Shown here: positions 61,675-64,000 of the stretch, one piece after another
How positions within the stretch are numbered: the first letter of the stretch is position 1
Layout: every line of letters begins with the position of its first letter
Assembly: GCF_036365525.1 (NCBI RefSeq)
Contig: NC_090417.1
Coordinates: 310,001-374,000 of the forward strand
Length of the DNA stretch: 64,000 bases
DNA from: Heterodontus francisci
Lineage: Eukaryota
Reading direction: 5' to 3'
Position numbers and translations under genes: made by a program
Notes under the pieces: generated by a model
The model's database searches: none
What the model was told of the DNA's origin: nothing
The model's input: only the letters and a program-made list of their open reading frames with translations

Positions 61675-62978
61675 ACCTGGTGAAGCTACAACACAGGCAA
61701 TGTGGAAAATTGCCCAGGTATGTCCCGTCCACAAAAAGGAGGACAAATCCGATCAGGACAATTACCGCCCCATCAGTCTCCCAATTTCAGCAAAGTGATA
61801 GAAGGTGTCGCTGAAGGTATCAAGCAGCACTTACTCACCAATAACCTGCTCACTCACTCTCAGTTTGGGTTCCGCCAGGGCCACTCAGCTCCTGACCTCA
61901 TTACAGCCTTGGTCCAAACGTGGACAAAAGAGCTGAATTCCAGAGGTGAGGTGAGAGTGACTGCCCTTGACATCAAGGCAGCATCTGACTGAGTGTGGCA
62001 TCAAGGAGCCCTAGCAAAACTGAGGTCAATGGCAATCAGGGGGAAAACTCTCCACTGGTTGGAGTTATACCAAGCACAAAGGAAGATGGTTGTGGTTGTT
62101 GGAGGCCAATCATCTCAGCTCCAGGACATTACTGCAGGAGTTCCTCAGGGTAGTGTCCTAGGCCCAACCATCTTCAGCTGCCTCATCAATGACCTTCCAT
62201 CCAACATGAGGTCAGAAGTGGGGATGCTCGCAGATGATTTTCGCAACTTCTCAGATACTGAAGCAGTCCGTGTCCGCATGCAGCAAGACTTAGACAACAC
62301 TATGGCTTGGGCTAATAAGTGGAAAGTAACATTCGCGCCACATAAGTGCCAGGCAATGACCATCTCCAATAAGAGAGAATCTAATCATCTCCCCTTGACA
62401 TTCAATGGCATTATCATTGCTGAATCCCCCCCCATCTCTAACATCCTGAGGTGTTATCATTGACCAGAAACTTAACTGGACCAGCCATATAAATACTATG
62501 GTTACAAGAGCAGGTCAGAGGCTGGGAATCCTGAGGCGAGTAACCCACCTCCTGTCTCCCCAATACCTCTCCATCATCTACAAGGCACAAGTCAGGAGTG
62601 TGATGGAATACTCTCCACTTGCCTGGATGGGTGCAGCTCCAACAACACTCAAGCAGCTCGACACCCTCCAGTACTTGATCGGCACCCCATCCACCACCTT
62701 CAACATTCACTCCCTCCATCACCGACGCACAGATGCAGCAGTGTGTACCATCTACAAGATGCACTGCAGCAACTCACCAAGTCTCCTTCGACAGCGCCTT
62801 CCAAACCCGCGGCCTCTACCACCTAGAAGGACAAGTGCAGCAGACGCAAGGGAACACCGCCACCTGCAGGTTCCCCTCCAAGTCACACACCATCCTGACT
62901 TGGAACTATATCGCCGTTCCTTCACTGTCACTGGGTCAAATTCCTGGAACTCCCTTCCAAACAGCACTGTGGGTGTAC
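61675..62978 (+). mobile_element. Disrupted CR1/L2-group LINE reverse-transcriptase region
   Basis: QFGFRQGHS, ALDIKAA, GVPQGSVLGPTIFSCLINDLP and MLADD motifs. Stop at 61990-61992 and frameshifts. Confidence 0.85.
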
Positions 62979-64000
62979 TGAGTACTGTTCTAGTCGCCTT
63001 ATCGTAAAGATAGGAAGATAGGAACAGAAATGAATCCAGATATCAGGAATTTAACTTCTAGGAAAATATTGACGGTTCGTTTTCTTTGGAAAAAGAAAGA
63101 CTTTAAGATGACCGAATTTACATTTTTAAGATTAGGAAAGGAAATTCACCAAACTGATCCAGACAGATGATTTACTCTGATGAAGGTTTAAATCCCAGAG
63201 GAGTAGGTAAGTTGGCTGTAACTTGCTCAGCCTAAGAGTGATTGAGTTGTGGAATAAGTTACCAGGAAAAGATAGTCAAATGCACGGTAGACCACTCAGT
63301 CTATTAATAAAATACAAGGAATTCCATGCTACACCTTTACAATCCCCGGTTCGGTTTCAGCTGGAGTATTGGTGTACAATTCTGTGCACCACACTTTAGG
63401 AAGGCTATCAAGGCCCTGGAGAGAGTACAGAGGAGGTTTACCAGGATGTCTCTTCTGTGGGAGGCCCGCCCTATCTAGTGCCAATCGGTCTTCCACAGGA
63501 TCAAGGAGCCCGGCAGCTCTTTAGCTGAGCCACTGCGGAGTTGCCCAGTTAAGGGGCTCAATTGGTGGCAGGGCGGGAAGGCCCGTTCGCAGGTCGGGAA
63601 GGCCCATTCACATGGCTTCCTGCCCCGGACTTCATTTTGGCAGGAGCGGGAAGGTGGCAGGCTCCCCCCTCCCCAGCACCCTCCCGCCCGCTTATATGCT
63701 CTCCCTGCCTCCAAACCCACTGTTCCTATTTCATTTTAAACAGACTGAACCTGCTGATACTTTCATGTGCACCAGATGGCATGTTTCAGCCACTGGGAGC
63801 CTGAGTCCATCTAGCAGCACTCTGTATGACAAGCACTTCCAAACCTCAGTCATCGGTGCTCAGTTCTTAGCCATGGTGGTGATAGCAGGGGGTTCCTGGG
63901 TTAGAAAATACACTGGGGGGCTCTCCCTCCTAATCGCCATACAGTGTGGAGCTCACCAGGTGGTAAGAACATGGAGGCAAAGGACATCGGAACAAAGGGA

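Overview
Eukaryotic, cartilaginous-fish (shark-like) genomic DNA, judged from HE1-type SINEs and abundant CR1/L2 LINE fragments. Three spliced genes could be rebuilt exon by exon with consistent GT-AG phases. (1) An 11-exon saposin precursor on + (21585-35143, about 392 aa), best read as the SFTPB (surfactant protein B) orthologue with prosaposin-like ancestral features. (2) USP39 on - (53698-37603, 13 exons, about 502 aa). (3) A C2orf68/UPF0561 homologue on + (56466-59954, 4 exons, about 174 aa). This matches the human SFTPB-USP39-C2orf68 order and orientation. The most unusual structure is a 45-bp minisatellite (45621-48001) built from the USP39 intron5/exon6 junction, giving 53 tandem, in-frame, stop-free candidate 3' splice sites. 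Also present: a degenerate minimal hammerhead ribozyme in a Penelope-like fragment, probable solo LTRs, a poly(A) retro-insertion with a 19-bp TSD, a CTCF-like site and several simple repeats. Almost all ORFs in the supplied track are repeat or TE artefacts. Homology statements come from recalled sequences, not searches.
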